DNA from: Azolla caroliniana
Lineage: Eukaryota; Plantae; Polypodiophyta
Assembly (NCBI GenBank): GCA_043228905.1
Contig: JBHGNT010000013.1
Span: 15,624,001-15,688,000 of the forward strand
DNA length: 64,000 bases
Direction: 5' to 3'
Shown: piece by piece, positions 27,342-41,140 of the stretch
Layout: the number at the start of each line of letters is the position of its first letter
Numbering within the stretch: the stretch's first letter is position 1
Program-made: the position numbers and the translations under genes
Notes under the pieces: generated by a model
The model's input: only the letters and a program-made list of their open reading frames with translations
What the model was told of the DNA's origin: nothing
Databases searched by the model: none

Positions 27342-29153
27342 ATTTCTGCGGGATTAATTTAAATGTCATGGGAAAAATCATTCTGTCAATTATAAAAATC
27401 TTCATCTTTGTGATATGTCGCAAAATATCGTGTATGTTCTCATTGTTTATCACACAAATCATAACTGTTTACCGCAGATCCTCATTGTTTACCCCTATGA
27501 AAACACAGCATGAAAAGAAAACAGAAACAACGAGGCAAGAAAACAGAGAGCACAACTTTTCTTCGTATATAGATAGATGCATCTCCGATTTCTTCTATAT
27601 CAGGGATCGCACTACAACAGCCGCATAAATTAACAAGCACTTACATATACAACGGCTTTGAGATTAAAAATCGGCACTTGCAGAAGAGGGGAGAGAGAGA
27701 GAGAGAGATCAGTAATAGCTCATTTGCCCACAATACCTCCTCATGCAGGTTTAAATTAGTGGGTATCTCTCCTTTCATTCAATTTCCTTTGATGATCGAT
27801 TCCAGATATATAAGCTTCTCTTAATGACTGTATTTGATGAATTTTCTCCTTCCAATGTCTATGGCACCCAAAAGACAAGACAATTTGTCTCCCTCCATAC
27901 CTTCCTTCATTTTGAGGGTATTATCGTCCACAGACATATAACCCTTTCATCTATTGGATCCTCGACAATGTTGGCATATGTAGTTGAAGGTTTCGAGTTG
28001 GCCAGTCAGCTGGAGCCTAGAAACAATAACGTGTCTTGAGGTTTCTCTCATGCCTCCTTTGCCATCTTCATACCCCTCGTTCAGTCAGTCAACCACTTGG
28101 TTATGTGTGAAATTCATGTGGCTTTGCTCTCTTGTTCCCCTCTAGGATAGTCGGTCTTGATCAATGATGTACCTGAGCACAATACACAATCAAGCCAATG
28201 GCCTAGGTTAGTGAGCTACCCTTGCATCTTAGCACCATCTAAAGAGATAGACTTGAGATGACATTCTTACATAATAGTAGAATAATGTTTGTGCATGTAT
28301 GTGAGAGAGATTCTTGTTGTCCCCTAATATCAATGATAACAATATGTAAAGGTGCCAAATCATCCCTTAGATTGATGGTGTTGGTTTTCATCGTAGGGAT
28401 AAGCTTCACATAAACACTCTTACACTCACCAATACTCGAGACACGTTTACCTTGATAAAATAAAGTAAATGTTGAGCAAATACATATGCTTCATTGTCAT
28501 CAATGCAATCAAACTCATGCAAAGATTTTCGAGTACTTAAGAAATGTTACTTAATTGTTAGACACTTAGTTGCCAGGGATTAGGCATAAAGAAGTTGATC
28601 GAAGCATTGATGGATTGTGAAATTATGAGGATGCATAAGGAGAAGAAAACTTGAGAACAAGTACTCAAGACTTACATACTTGGTTGGAAATGGTTAGGCT
28701 CATGGAAGCAAATCAAAGTAGCAATGACTCTATGAGATGACAAGGACAAGGAAGGAGAAGTAAGAGAGGCAATAAATGCTTATGTATAAGAATTTTAATT
28801 CTAGTTCTTGATAGGACTATATTTGGAGAATTTGAGTTTTCAACATGGAGAATCTTCCATTGTGCAAGGATGAAGGTCTCTTGAGAACGACGAGGTCATT
28901 GTTCAAATCCTCCATGCAAAAGAAGAATCTAAGAGATTTCAAGTCGATGGGAGTGTTCTTATACATATAGGTTCTCTTGGTCTTTGTGTGTCTTTTGTAC
29001 TGAATTGCATAAATTTTAAGGTTCTTATATATCAATGTGCTAGAGTACAAATATCCAAAATGTTCATGCTCAATGTGCTAGAGTACAAATATCCAAAATG
29101 TTCATGCTCATTGTGTTGAGTATGAATGTAAATTGGTATTTTAAGATATTATT

Positions 29154-29641
29154 ATTTTTCCATTTAGAGATACTACTTTAGTATTTTTTATCTTTTGGCT
29201 TGCCCGAGGGCTACAACTCACACAAAGTCATGTTTTATTAGTAGTACATAGTCCATCAGGGGTGTACCGAATGGTATGAGTGAGATACATGCATAGGATG
29301 ACCTCTAGGAGATATGATGAGACTCACACCACGTTCCATCATGAAACTTGTAGACAAACTACATTTTTACCTTCTTCGTTGTTGAAACCGTCATTGTTGT
29401 CACCATCACCATCTTCGTCGTTGTCACTTACGAGCACAAACCACCCTTCACCATCACCATCGGTGTTGTCGCCACTTACGGGCACAAACCGGCCTTCACC
29501 GTCACCATGTACGTCGTCACCACTTACAGGCACAAACCGCCCTTTTTAGGTACCACATGTATGTTGGTGCGGGGAGACTCGAACCTCCAGCCTAGTTGTT
29601 GGAGTGTCCCCCCATTACCATTACACCAACACATCACAGGT
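29154..29641 (-). mobile_element. tRNA-derived SINE (~490 bp) with internal tandem repeats
   Basis: The minus-strand head has an A-box-like TGGTGTAATGG and a B-box GGTTCGAGTCT. A 17-bp TSD TATTTTAAGATATTATT is at 29137-29153 and 29642-29658. Internal repeats lie at ~29390-29542. Confidence 0.8.
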
Positions 29642-30637
29642 TATTTTAAGATATTATTGTGGTCTACGATAAGGTATTTGAGAATAGAAAGCTTAAATTC
29701 AATGTTTTTGTGCGCGATATTGGCGTGCTTTAATATTGAAGGATTATATGCATCCTAGTTCCCTCTCAACTATAATAGTTTTCATCAACAATAAATGTGT
29801 CACAGTTGAAATGTAAGTTCTATATGTAGGTAGAGAAGCTAATTGAAGCTCCTATAAGGGTTTGTATAACATAGACATTGACATCCCCTATCAAGCATCT
29901 TTCCTAAGCATCCATTAGCAACATCTCGAGTAGGTTCTCATAAATGTTATGCACTTCACTTTCTTTATGTCTAGTTGACGGTAGTACGACTAATTTTCAT
30001 ACGAAAACATAAACTGCAATTGTCTTTTCTCATTGGTCATAGGTTCTATATACCAGTGGCCACAAAAACAACAACAAAGGTTGCAAGTGTTAGGACAAAT
30101 TGCAACATGATCACATGCGAAACACCGCTTCATAGCATACACCTCACCCCCTCTCAAGCCTCGTCGAATGACCTTGATTTGTAGCAAGTGCTCGAGTCCC
30201 ATGGGTTGTAGGTATGAAGCTCAAAGTCAGGCGGGGAGACTTAACACAATATTATTATTGATTCGACTCATGTGCAAGGTTCGAAAGGTGACGTTGCATC
30301 CGAGGCTCATGCGAAACACCTCATACCAAGCACGCATGTGCCTGAAAACGGGCAGACAAGACAGATAGCATAGTCTCGATGAAGTCCCTCAAACAAGGAG
30401 CCCATTTCCATGTCTCAACTATAATTTAACGTGATTCGATATGACACACCCCAAGGCCTAAGACACACACACAAAACCTCAATGTATGTACATACATTCA
30501 TAGATCTCTTCCTTCAATCCTCTACTTACTAGTAAATTAGTAATGTGTTAGGTTCCATCATCTACTAGTAATGTGTTAGGTCTTCAATTCCTTCTCTTCT
30601 TTTCCTTCTTCCCGTCTCGTCGCCCGTTCGTCTGTGC

Positions 30638-30669
30638 AGAGAGACAGACAGAGAGACAGACAGACAGAC

Positions 30670-30739
<70 letters not shown>
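30638..30739 (+). repeat. (GACA)n/(GA)n microsatellite in the eIF2-alpha leader
   Basis: A long GA run ends about 30 nt before the ATG at 30771. Confidence 0.95.
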
Positions 30740-30742
<3 letters not shown>

Positions 30743-30770
30743 GAAGCAGCAGCAGCCTCAGCGAGTCGCC

Positions 30771-33700
30771 ATGACGGTATCCGACTGCAGAATGTACGAG
30801 GCCAAGTACCCCGAGGCGGACGAGGCTGTCATGGTGCAGGTGAAGAGCATCGCTGAGATGGGAGCTTACGTCTCCCTCCTCGAATACAACGGCATCGAAG
30901 GCATGATCCTTCTCTCAGAGCTCTCAAGACGTCGGATTCGAAGCATCGGAAGCTTAATCAAGGTCGGTCGACAAGAACCTGTCATGGTCCTGCGTGTGGA
31001 CAAAGAGAAAGGTTACATTGATCTTAGTAAACGTCGAGTTTCTGATGAAGATATCCAGTCCTGCGAAGAACGTTACAACAAGAGTAAAATGGTTCATTCC
31101 ATCATGCGCCATGTCGCGGACACTCTTGAAATTGATTTGGAGGTATGAATAGTTTTTTGTTTCGCCTCTTTTTGTTCGCCTTCTTATGTGCAGGTTAAGT
31201 TCTAGTTATAATCAGTGTAATTCCATCACAAGTATTCTATATCCGAACCTTGAAACTTTAGATCAAAAGAACACATAATCACTGGTGCTTATCCTGGAGT
31301 TAAGATTCCTCTTCCGTTTCACTCTTTCTTTTTTCATCTGTATGCTTGCTTGTTTTGCTCTAGTTCTGTTAAATTTGCTGTCAGGATTCAGCACAAGTGT
31401 TATGCGTGAGAAGATAAAACCTTCAGGACAATTGAGTAATGTTTTCTAATATATGATAAGATGCTTTTGATTGCTGTTACGTGCATCTTTGGCTATAGTT
31501 GTGTTTAATTTGATGTTATCACAAGTGTAACGAATGAGAAGGTCAAAACTTTAGACCATAAGAGTAGTTTTTGTAATATATGAGAAGATAGTTTAGACCA
31601 AAATACTTGTCTTTTTGTCATATATTAGAAAATTCTAGCCTTTTTGATAGGGTTGTCGGTGGATGAGCTGCAGGTTTTTTTGCTTTTATTTTTCCTTCAT
31701 TTTTGCTGTTTGTTTGCATGTTTGATTTAGGTTTTATTAATTTGACGTCATCATAAGTGTATTTTATGTGAAGGTATTTCTAGTCCAGAAGAAATATATT
31801 TTCTAGCGACATATGAGAAGCTAGTCAAACAAATAAAAGCCCTTTCAATATGATTGGTTATGTTTGATCTGGAGTTATGGTTTTAGTGTTTTTTTTCTTT
31901 TTTTCTGTGTGATTTTTGCCCAATTCAATGCCAGTAATGTATTATATATGAAATTATTTTAGACCTGAAAATTAGGCCTTTTGGTAGTATTTGAGGAACT
32001 GCGTTAAACCAAAAGAATAGTTTTTTTGATAGGATTGATGGTGCTTGGCCTGTGTGAGAGTTTTTTCTTTTTTCTATTTCTGACAGGTTTTGCTTTATTA
32101 TCGCATGCTTCTTGTCAATTTAATGCTATCATAACTGTAAAACATGAAAAACTATTTTAAACAGAAAAACGGCCTTTTCAATATGATTAGCCATAGTAGA
32201 CATGGAGATAGGGGGTTTTCTCATTATTTTTCCCGATTATGTTCAGGTTTTATGTTGTTTACTGTAGGCTTATGTGTTTCTGGTCAATGTTTACATTTGC
32301 TGCATTGTGATGTTTGTGAGTCAATATCGACAACAGAAATCTCTAAGGCGTATTGTAACGTCATCAAAGATGCAACATGGAAAGGGCGAGTTTGTCCTAT
32401 TAAACATGAAGATAGTGGACTAGATCCATTCAAGAAGTTTCCTGCATATGCACCTAATCACAGCAACGAGAAACTTTAGCTGTTGTCGTGAAATAAATGA
32501 GGCTTCTTGCTCTCTTTATTCCACTCCAACATGATGTTGCATATAAAATGAATTTGACATTCATGAAAAGGTGATTAATATCTCCTGCATGCATCTAAAG
32601 AGTGTTTTGTTGCAAGGCATATACCACACCCAAAGAGTGAACTTGATCTCTCATCCAGGAAGCTGTTTCCTTTGGTGCTATCGTGCATTCTTTAGATTAA
32701 AGTAGTGCATTCTTTAGATTAAAGGTTCCTTTTCCATTTTGGATGGCTTCAGTGATAGATTTTGTGGCAAACCATCTTGATATGAAGAAAGCATGCATGC
32801 ACAGGGCTGAAAGAGTGCAATCTGGAATTTGCAGGCTACTTGAGAGAAAAATATGTTTATGTAGCTAGAATTATTTTGGATTGCTTCAGTGATATATTTT
32901 GTTGCGAACCATCCTGATATGAAGAAAGCATGCAAAGGGTTGAAAGAAAAAATAAAAAACCATTGTGTTCATTTATTTGATTTTCTGATGAAAGTGCAAT
33001 CTGGAATTTGCAGGCTACTTGAGAGAAAAATATGTTAATGTAGGTAGAATTATAAGATAAAACTTATCTTTGGTCATGTGGTTTTTGCCGCAATAGAAAG
33101 AATGTGTGGTTTTTGTGAAGGTTCTAGCAATTGTGATGGTGAGAGTCAAAATAAGTTTCTTGCATGAGGTTTCCATGCCGACATTTGCTCCCAACAACTA
33201 GAGGGGTTTGTGATGCAACTTGCAAATTAAAAGAGAAATTGATCTGTAAACCCAAGAAAATTATTCATAACCTGAAACAGAAATCAAGGACATGACATGC
33301 AAGATTGACGAATTCACAAAGCCTGAGGGTATTGGGTATTAATCTTTTATCGTGGTTTGTTTTATGGAATCTGAATGAAGCCTATATATGAGTTTTGCAA
33401 TGTGAAGAATGGGCTGGGTATGAACTTTGGAAGAAAGGATATGGCTTATATGACGTAATTATTTGCATTCCGTGATACCTTCTGGGGGCCGTCGTAGGTT
33501 TTGGACACATGCCTATTCAATGTCTAACCAGTCCACGTACAATATGAGGCTATACGGAACACTTGTATTTAGGGTTTTAAATTTTGAACAATCTCTCATT
33601 TAATACTATTTTTATTTCATTTGTAGCTTAAATAGGGTGTAGGAGATTTGACTCAGAGACTGAATCCTCTTATTTTGAAGTCTCCATTATGATTTTGGCA

Positions 33701-34915
33701 GATCTTACTTTATAACACGACTTTCAAATGGGTTTATTATACTCTCCTTACCAGTCTAAAAACGGAATTAGACTAATTTTTGGAACCTTTTCTCTGCAGG
33801 ATCTTTATGTGCATGTGGGTTGGCCTTTATACAGGAAGTATGGGCATGCATTTGAGGTATATGCTTGCATTTGGAGAGCGACATATGAATTTGAAGTGTA
33901 CATCAGCTCTTTGTGCTAATTATATGTATTTCCAGGCTTTTAAATTGGTTGTGACAGATCCAGACTCAGTATTGAATGGTTTAACAAGGGAGATCAAAGA
34001 AATTGGCCCTGATGGACAAGAGGTGAGCTTTTTTATTGGAAACTTTGCATTTCCTTCATGATATGGATAATAGAGATCTTACAAAATGTGAAATTTCAGG
34101 TTACTAAGGTTGTGCCAGCAATGACAGAAGAGGTCAAGCAAGCACTGATAAAGAACATCCGACGAAGGATGACCCCACAACCATTACGTATCCGTGCAGA
34201 CATTGAGCTAAGATGTTTTCAGTATGATGGGGTTCTTCATATAAAGGTATCGCATGTTTCTTTTCAATATATCCTACATGATCTGTTGCTTGTGCATGAA
34301 ATGAATGAATTTTTTTGTTGCAATGGGAAGAAATCATTTACGTGTTGGTGTTAATTTGGCTGCATTTGCAGGATGCCATGAGAAAAGCAGAGGCAGCTGG
34401 CAGTGAAGAGTGTCCTGTGAAAATCAAACTTGTTGCTCCTCCACTTTACGTGCTCACAACACAGACTCTTGATAAGGCATGCCATTGCATAGCTAGAGCT
34501 AAATCTTAGTCCTTCTATTGTTTGTTATTTGAATAGAGTTCATCACTCAGTATATTTTATGCAGGAGCAAGGAATATCTGTGCTTAACATGGCTATAAAA
34601 GCATGCACAAAAGAGATAGAAAAAAATCAAGGAAAGCTGACTGTTAGGGATGCACCTCGGGCGGTAATACTTCATGATTAAAAAAAATAAGACATACTAA
34701 TTTCATTAATGATTTGTAGAAAGAGATGTTAACATATTGCAACGCATTTCCTGTGGATCCAGGTGACTGATAGAGACGATAGACTTCTTCAAGAACAGCT
34801 GGATAGTTATGCACGGAAGAATGCAGAAGTAGATGGAGATAAAGACAGTGAGGGTGAGGAAGACACTGGAATGGGTGAAGTTGATGTTGAAGGAGCTATA
34901 GGAATAGTTGAGTAG
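30771..34915 (+). CDS. eIF2alpha: Translation initiation factor eIF2 subunit alpha, 7 exons
   Basis: Exons: 30771-31142, 33800-33856, 33936-34022, 34100-34246, 34372-34476, 34565-34663, 34763-34915. Contains the S1 domain with [13 protein letters not shown] (Ser51-equivalent), [11 protein letters not shown] and LVAPPLYV. Intron 5 is GC-AG. Confidence 0.95.
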
Positions 34916-35198
34916 GCCTCTAGTTTTCTGAGTGTAATATATATGGTTCCATTCTAGTTCCAAGAACCGCTCCACTTCAAGAGTTTTGAGATCGTTGCTT
35001 TTCCTGTTAGCGCAACTTTTTTGTAACTTGTTAAACTTATCACAGAGAAAACTGGCAAAAACATTTTTGTGTCCTATTTTTATTCTATATGTTTCTAATT
35101 TGTATGCTTCATTCTACTAATTCCATTTTCTAATTCTTTGTGCCTGCATGAAACAAAGGGTCTGAGTATTGCTGAAAGATTGGTTGTTGGGCTTCAAA

Positions 35199-35326
35199 CC
35201 TTTCAAGATGCACATGGACTAAATTATATGAAACTTTTCAAGATGCACATGGACTAAATTATATGAAAACTTTTCAAGATGCACATGGACTAAATTATAT
35301 GAAAACTTTTCAAGATGCACATGGAC
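35199..35326. repeat. ~35-bp tandem repeat (~3.7 copies) downstream of eIF2-alpha
   Basis: CTTTTCAAGATGCACATGGACTAAATTATATGAAAA is repeated almost perfectly. Confidence 0.9.
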
Positions 35327-36125
35327 AATGTATGTATACACTTGTGTTAAAAAATGTAAACGTCAAGTCTTAGCCCACTTAATTTGCTTTGCATTAATGA
35401 TATTGGCATTGAGGCTCGATTGATCTGCTCACTCATCTTTAGAGTGCATTTTCACATTTCTTTTAGAAAGGTGGCAAAATTTGTGTCGTTTCTGTTTGAA
35501 AATATAATCAGATTTCTCTTTAATCTTGGACTAAAATGGGTAGAAGCAGCATTGAAATAAGAAAACTGATGAATGGGCGGCGGCGTGAGAGCATGATTGA
35601 TCTTATAGATACGATAATGACATTATTGCCAGAAAACTTTTTATATATTCTGTATGAAAACTTATTTTTTTAAGGCAAAAACTTATTATATATTATTCTG
35701 TATGAAAACACTTATTATACGATAATGTAGTTACAAAACTTATTATATATTCTGTAAGAGAGATTAAGAGCTGATGATTATGTAGATCGGCAGCATCAGT
35801 TTGAAAATGTAGAAAATGTATAGTTGGTTAGAAACAGTATTATTGTTTGGGAGAGAGATATATGAGCAGTTAGCAATTGACCATAGTCTGCTATTAATTG
35901 AACACACACGAAAAAAAGATAATCTGCACTATTCACGAAGTCCTTGAATCTGTGAGGAGGGGATCTGGGACCTGGGTGTGAGGAAAAAAAATTAGCTTAG
36001 ATTGGGATCCACCATATGTATACAGTATATATAATCACAGAACAAGTTACAACAGTGGTACACCATAGTGATATAATCACAGAACAACACTCACTGGTCT
36101 ATAGAGCTTTCTCTTGTCTATAGCT

Positions 36126-38814
36126 ATGGCGACCTCGACCCGCATTTCTCATAGCTCTGCAACAACACATGGCGCTTCTGATGAAGGCAGCATAGACAGC
36201 AGCAGTGGCTACTGCGCCTCAAATGGCATCTACTACAGCAGGCGTCCACCGATAGACCTCCCATCAGACCCATTCCTAACCCTACCCACCTTCATCCTCC
36301 ATCGCCCTTCCTTTGATCCCTCCGCCATAGCTTTCATCGACTGCAAGACAGGCGCCTCCCTCCCTTACTCTCTCCTGCGTGATCGTGTCTATGCGGTGGC
36401 CGAATCCCTCTCCCGAGGCTTCGGCCTCTCTCCTGGCGCCGTCGTCCTTGTGCTCTCCCCAAACTCCATCGATTTTGGCGTCCTCACCCTTGCCATACTG
36501 GCTGCAGGTGGCATCATCACCACCACGAACCCCCTTAATCACCCCTCAGAGATAGCCAAACAGGCCACTGATTCTCATGCACAGTTCGTAGCTGCTGTGC
36601 CTTCCCTCCTCCACAAACTCATCTCCCTTCCCACACTTAATCTTCCGCTGATCCTTCTCCGAGAAACCCCCATTACTTCCATTGATCCTTCTTCTTCTGC
36701 CCCACCGATGTCCTTTGCTCGCACCATATCTTTCTCAGACCTAATCCTTACCCGGAGAGATCATACCTCCAACACGAGCCACTTCTCCTTCCATCGAGGT
36801 CGCCAAGATGATACGGCTGCACTCCTCTATTCCTCCGGCACCACGGGTACCAGCAAAGGTGTCATCCTCACACACCGCAACTTCATCGCTCAGATTAACC
36901 TTCTCCTTCGTGAGCAGACCCCTGAAGGTTCTTTGCCATGGAAGTGTCGCACCTATATGTGCCTTATCCCCATGTTCCATGTCTATGGCATGGCTTTCTT
37001 TGGATGTGGTCTCATGGCCAGAGGAGCCACCACTATTCTGCAACAGAAGTTCGACTTTGTGGAAACCCTAGAGGCCATACAGAAGTATAAAGTTACCCAC
37101 TTGCCTGTGGTTCCACCAGTGTTGATAGGCATGGCGAAGCTTCCTATAGTGAAAAAATTTGATTTGTCTTCTCTCGTGGAGGTAGGATCTGGAGCAGCAC
37201 CCCTCAGCAAGGAGGTCATCCAAGCTTTCCATGGGCGATTCCAGAATGTTTCCATTGCACAGGTAATTATCAGAAAAGACCACCTTAATCTGTCCCTCTA
37301 ATCAATAACTTCTATCATCGACGTGTGTGGGATTGGTGGGATTGCTCTTCTCCACATGTATAGATATGTTCTTAATATATAGAAGTGTAAATGCCGCCAC
37401 GACAAAATTTATAGGGATATGGCATGACTGAGTCTACCGCTGTGGGGGCGAATATGGCAACTCTTGAAGAGAGGCGGAAGCTCGGATCTACAGGCCGTAT
37501 TGCTCCCAATACTGAGTTCAAGATAGTTGACATTGAATCAGGAACACCCATGCCGCCCAATGAAAAAGGGGAGATATGGATGCGAGGCCCCACCATAATG
37601 AAAGGTTTGTCTTCATATGATGAATTATTACATTTATTGGGGTGCTATTCTGGTGTTTATGCACAAAGGTGCAATCTTCATACCTTAGTAGTGGAGTCCA
37701 TTTGGGTTGAGATTGGCTTGTGGGTTGGTTCTTTGTGATTACAGTGATTACATTTGTAGAGTCAGTTATGTTTAAGGTAGGCCTCCTTTAGTCAGGTTAT
37801 CGATGGTCAATCCTTTGACTATCATGGGGATTAGCTGTGATCCGGACATAGACCTTGGTTTAATTGGTTTTGCATATAGAGCTCCCTTATTCAGTCATGG
37901 GTTGACTGGCTGCATTATGCTTGAGATATCTGGCCAGTGATTGATGTGGTTTGTTGGCTTATTGAACTACCTTCCTTTCAATGATCGAGCAACATGTAGG
38001 TTACTTTGGCAGACCTGGTGAAACCGATGCAATCATCGACAAGGATGGATGGTTGCATACTGGGGACGTTGGCTATTTTGACAATGAGGGATATCTCTTT
38101 GTCGTGGATCGATTGAAGGAGCTTATCAAATATAACGGCTTTCAGGTAAATGCTATTATATTCCAAGGTTTAATTCTGATTTTCAGTCTTCATAAATGAC
38201 AGAGAGGCTTTGATATTGTCTATTTGGACTAAGGTTGCCCCTGCTGAGTTAGAGGCTGTCCTATTATCTAATCCAAGAATCCTCGACGCAGCCGTAATCC
38301 CGTAAGCTAATGCAATGCAAGATCTCATCCACACATCGTTCTATGACAAGTTAGAAGAATTGATTGACAAATCTGATCGTCCTCTTATGTTGCATAGATA
38401 TCCAGATGATAATGCAGGACAGATTCCTATGGCATTCGTTGTGAGAGGCCCAGAAAGTACACTCTCGGAAGCGGAAGTCATGGAGTTTGTCTCCAAACAG
38501 GTGAGTTATCACATATTTAAAGAAACTGATGAATGCAAGAGTAATGTATTGACATGTTTAATGTTCCTGAGAAAGCTCATGCATAATCTCAAACCAACGA
38601 TGGTTCAATTTTAGCTTATCCTGGGAAATAAGAAAAAGTAGCATCTTTCTTTTCACCCAGAAATTATGAGCTTTGAACTTGATGTAAAACTTCATTGTAG
38701 GTGGCTCACTACAAAAAAGTCAGGAAAGTGGCCTTCGTTCCAAGTATTCCAAAATCGACTTCAGGAAAGATATTACGGCGAGAGCTCGTTAGCATTGCAA
38801 CTTCTCGATTGTGA
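36126..38814 (+). CDS. 4-coumarate:CoA ligase-like acyl-CoA synthetase (OPCL1/4CLL type), peroxisomal, 6 exons
   Basis: Exons: 36126-37262, 37415-37604, 38000-38145, 38234-38301, 38398-38500, 38701-38814. Motifs: AMP-binding [43 protein letters not shown] and SGKILRR. The C-terminus is -SRL* (PTS1). Confidence 0.93.
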
Positions 38815-39547
38815 TTTGACTTTGGAAAGGTTGCTGTGCATCCTTACACGAGACTAGATCATTTTTTTAGAATTCATTTGATTGCTACAAATAACATGGG
38901 TATGATATATTATGGAACCCAATATCGTGATACCACATACAACAAACTATGGATATGACAACCTTTGCTTTTTCAAATAAAATTCCACATCAACTATAAT
39001 GAGCTAGTGGTCGTGGCTACTTGAAACCTAAATACACATGATGAGGCAACATTGACATCATTAGAGCAATACCTTTTGAAGAGGAAGCTTTGCCCTCCTA
39101 GCGACTATGAATAGAAAAGTTGATTCACCACCCCAGATTCGGGTGAACTTTTCATAAGATCCCATAGCCATGAGTGCCCAAAAGGAGAGATTCAGAGATG
39201 AACAACAAATTTATTAAGTATTTTCCTTTTATTTTTTATTTTTTAGGGAAGATTAGTGTTTAATTAAGTCTAATTATTCTTGTAGATAATCTTGTTATTA
39301 ATTTCCTTGATGTTCCTTTAAGCTATTCATATTTTTTCTTTCTCCACTCAAGGGTAGCTTCATTTAATTATCAATTGCCAAAGAAACTATAACACTACAA
39401 GTTAGAATATAAGGTATATTAAAGTGCATTAATTGATGCATTTGGACAACCATGCAAGGATATGACTTTGAGTTCAAATGTCTATTTAACTTCTTTCGTT
39501 GATGAGAACTCTCTTGTCAATTGTTAACTATTTTTGTACATTTGGAC

Positions 39548-41140
39548 CAGGGCCTGAATTTGACGGGTTAGTCTTAAAGTTTTTTGACGGGCATTTTTTA
39601 AAGATGTATGTCATATGACGTAAGAGTGCAAAAATTAACATGTCATTTGACATACAAATTTCTTATAATGAAAAGCTCTATATGATGCTTCATTATTATA
39701 CATTTTATTACTATAGAAGGTACACAAATAGACACAACTACCTCGCAAAGATAATGAAATACAGAAAATAAATATCGTGTTAATGTTTTTTTTTTACCAA
39801 AAAAGTGTTAATGTTTTTTAAGCCAAAGTACAAACTATATATGTATCCATAATCATAATTCATTCTTGCAAAGTGGATACAATAAGCTTCAAACAAATAA
39901 TCATACAAATCGAATACTTAATCATCATATATTTCTTAAAGCCCAAAAAACACAAAAAAATGTTTATCATACCGGGACTCCTCATACTTATTACTAAGCA
40001 TTGTAATGATACTATCCTTCTCTCTTTCTCTTCAAACCAAAGGTTAAATATATCCCTCCAACAAATGTTTGATGTCTCTTGAGCATTCAAGGATATAAAC
40101 ATCAAAGCATCTAAAGTTTCCAAAGATAAACCATTTCTAATATCATTTTTTATGATATTTTGACGTGAAAAGCCTCGTTCACATGCAGCTGTACGTAATA
40201 AGTATGTATAAAACAATAGGTTAGTAAAACATTTAGTTTAAAAAAACTTAAAATCAAACCTTATTGAAATGAAATACTTTTAGTTTATTTTTAGAGGTAT
40301 TAAGGTAATACAAAAACAATATAATAACTTGCTAAATGAACATAATATGATAGATGATCATGGTAACTTACATTTTTAAACTGTAGTTAAAAAATGTTGA
40401 AGGTTGAAGGATGTCTTTCTTTGTTCTATTCCTGCTGCACAATTTCACAAAAGGCTACATAAAATCAATCATTTTTAAGTTGAAAAATAACTTGTTACCT
40501 AACAGTAAGTAGTAAGTAGTAAGTACTCACCTTTTTCCTATACTAAAAAGTTATTACTAACCCTAATTTTTTAATAAAGCACAGTAATAAGTATTAAGTA
40601 TTAAGTAATAAGTAATAAGTATGTATAAAAAAGTAGGTTAGTAAAACATTTACTTTAAGAAAACTTAAAATCAAACCTAGAGTGACTAGTCTACACTCTA
40701 GTATTTTTTAGAGTATTTAATAAAGCACCAAGGTTATTGTTTAAAATTTAAATTGATTTGAGGATTCATCATTACAATTTATATGATATTATTTTAAGCG
40801 TGTTATAAATATATATATATATATTAGAATTTAGTATATTACACACTTCATACTATATAGTCAAATTGAATCTTGATACTACATAGATGATAGTATGATA
40901 GTACATATATTTAAATTTTATATGACAATATGTGGTATATATATATAATATATATGAATAATGACATAGAAAATAAAATTTTAGCATGTCATTTGACATG
41001 TATAATTTTAAGGGGCCTTTCACATGAAAAGGAAAATTTTATACTTTATATGTCACTTGACGGACATTTTTAGTAGGTGTATGTTTTTGACGGGCAAAAT
41101 GGCCTTTGATGGGCATGACACCCGTCAAATTCCTGCCCTG
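39548..41140 (-). mobile_element. Non-autonomous hAT DNA transposon with a residual transposase C-terminal dimerisation domain
   Basis: TIRs CAGGGCCTGAATTTGACGGG and CCCGTCAAATTCCTGCCCTG, with an 8-bp TSD ATTTGGAC (39540-47, 41141-48). ORF 39860..40216(-) reads TAACERGFSRQNIIKNDIRNGLSLETLDALMFISLN. Confidence 0.9.

Noticed and set aside
30573-30770. N-terminal extension of eIF2-alpha in the ORF track
   Set aside because: It starts at GTG and runs through a GA microsatellite. The conserved protein begins at ATG 30771.
35199-35326. CRISPR-like ~35-bp repeats
   Set aside because: Head-to-tail repeats with no spacers and no cas genes, in a eukaryotic context.
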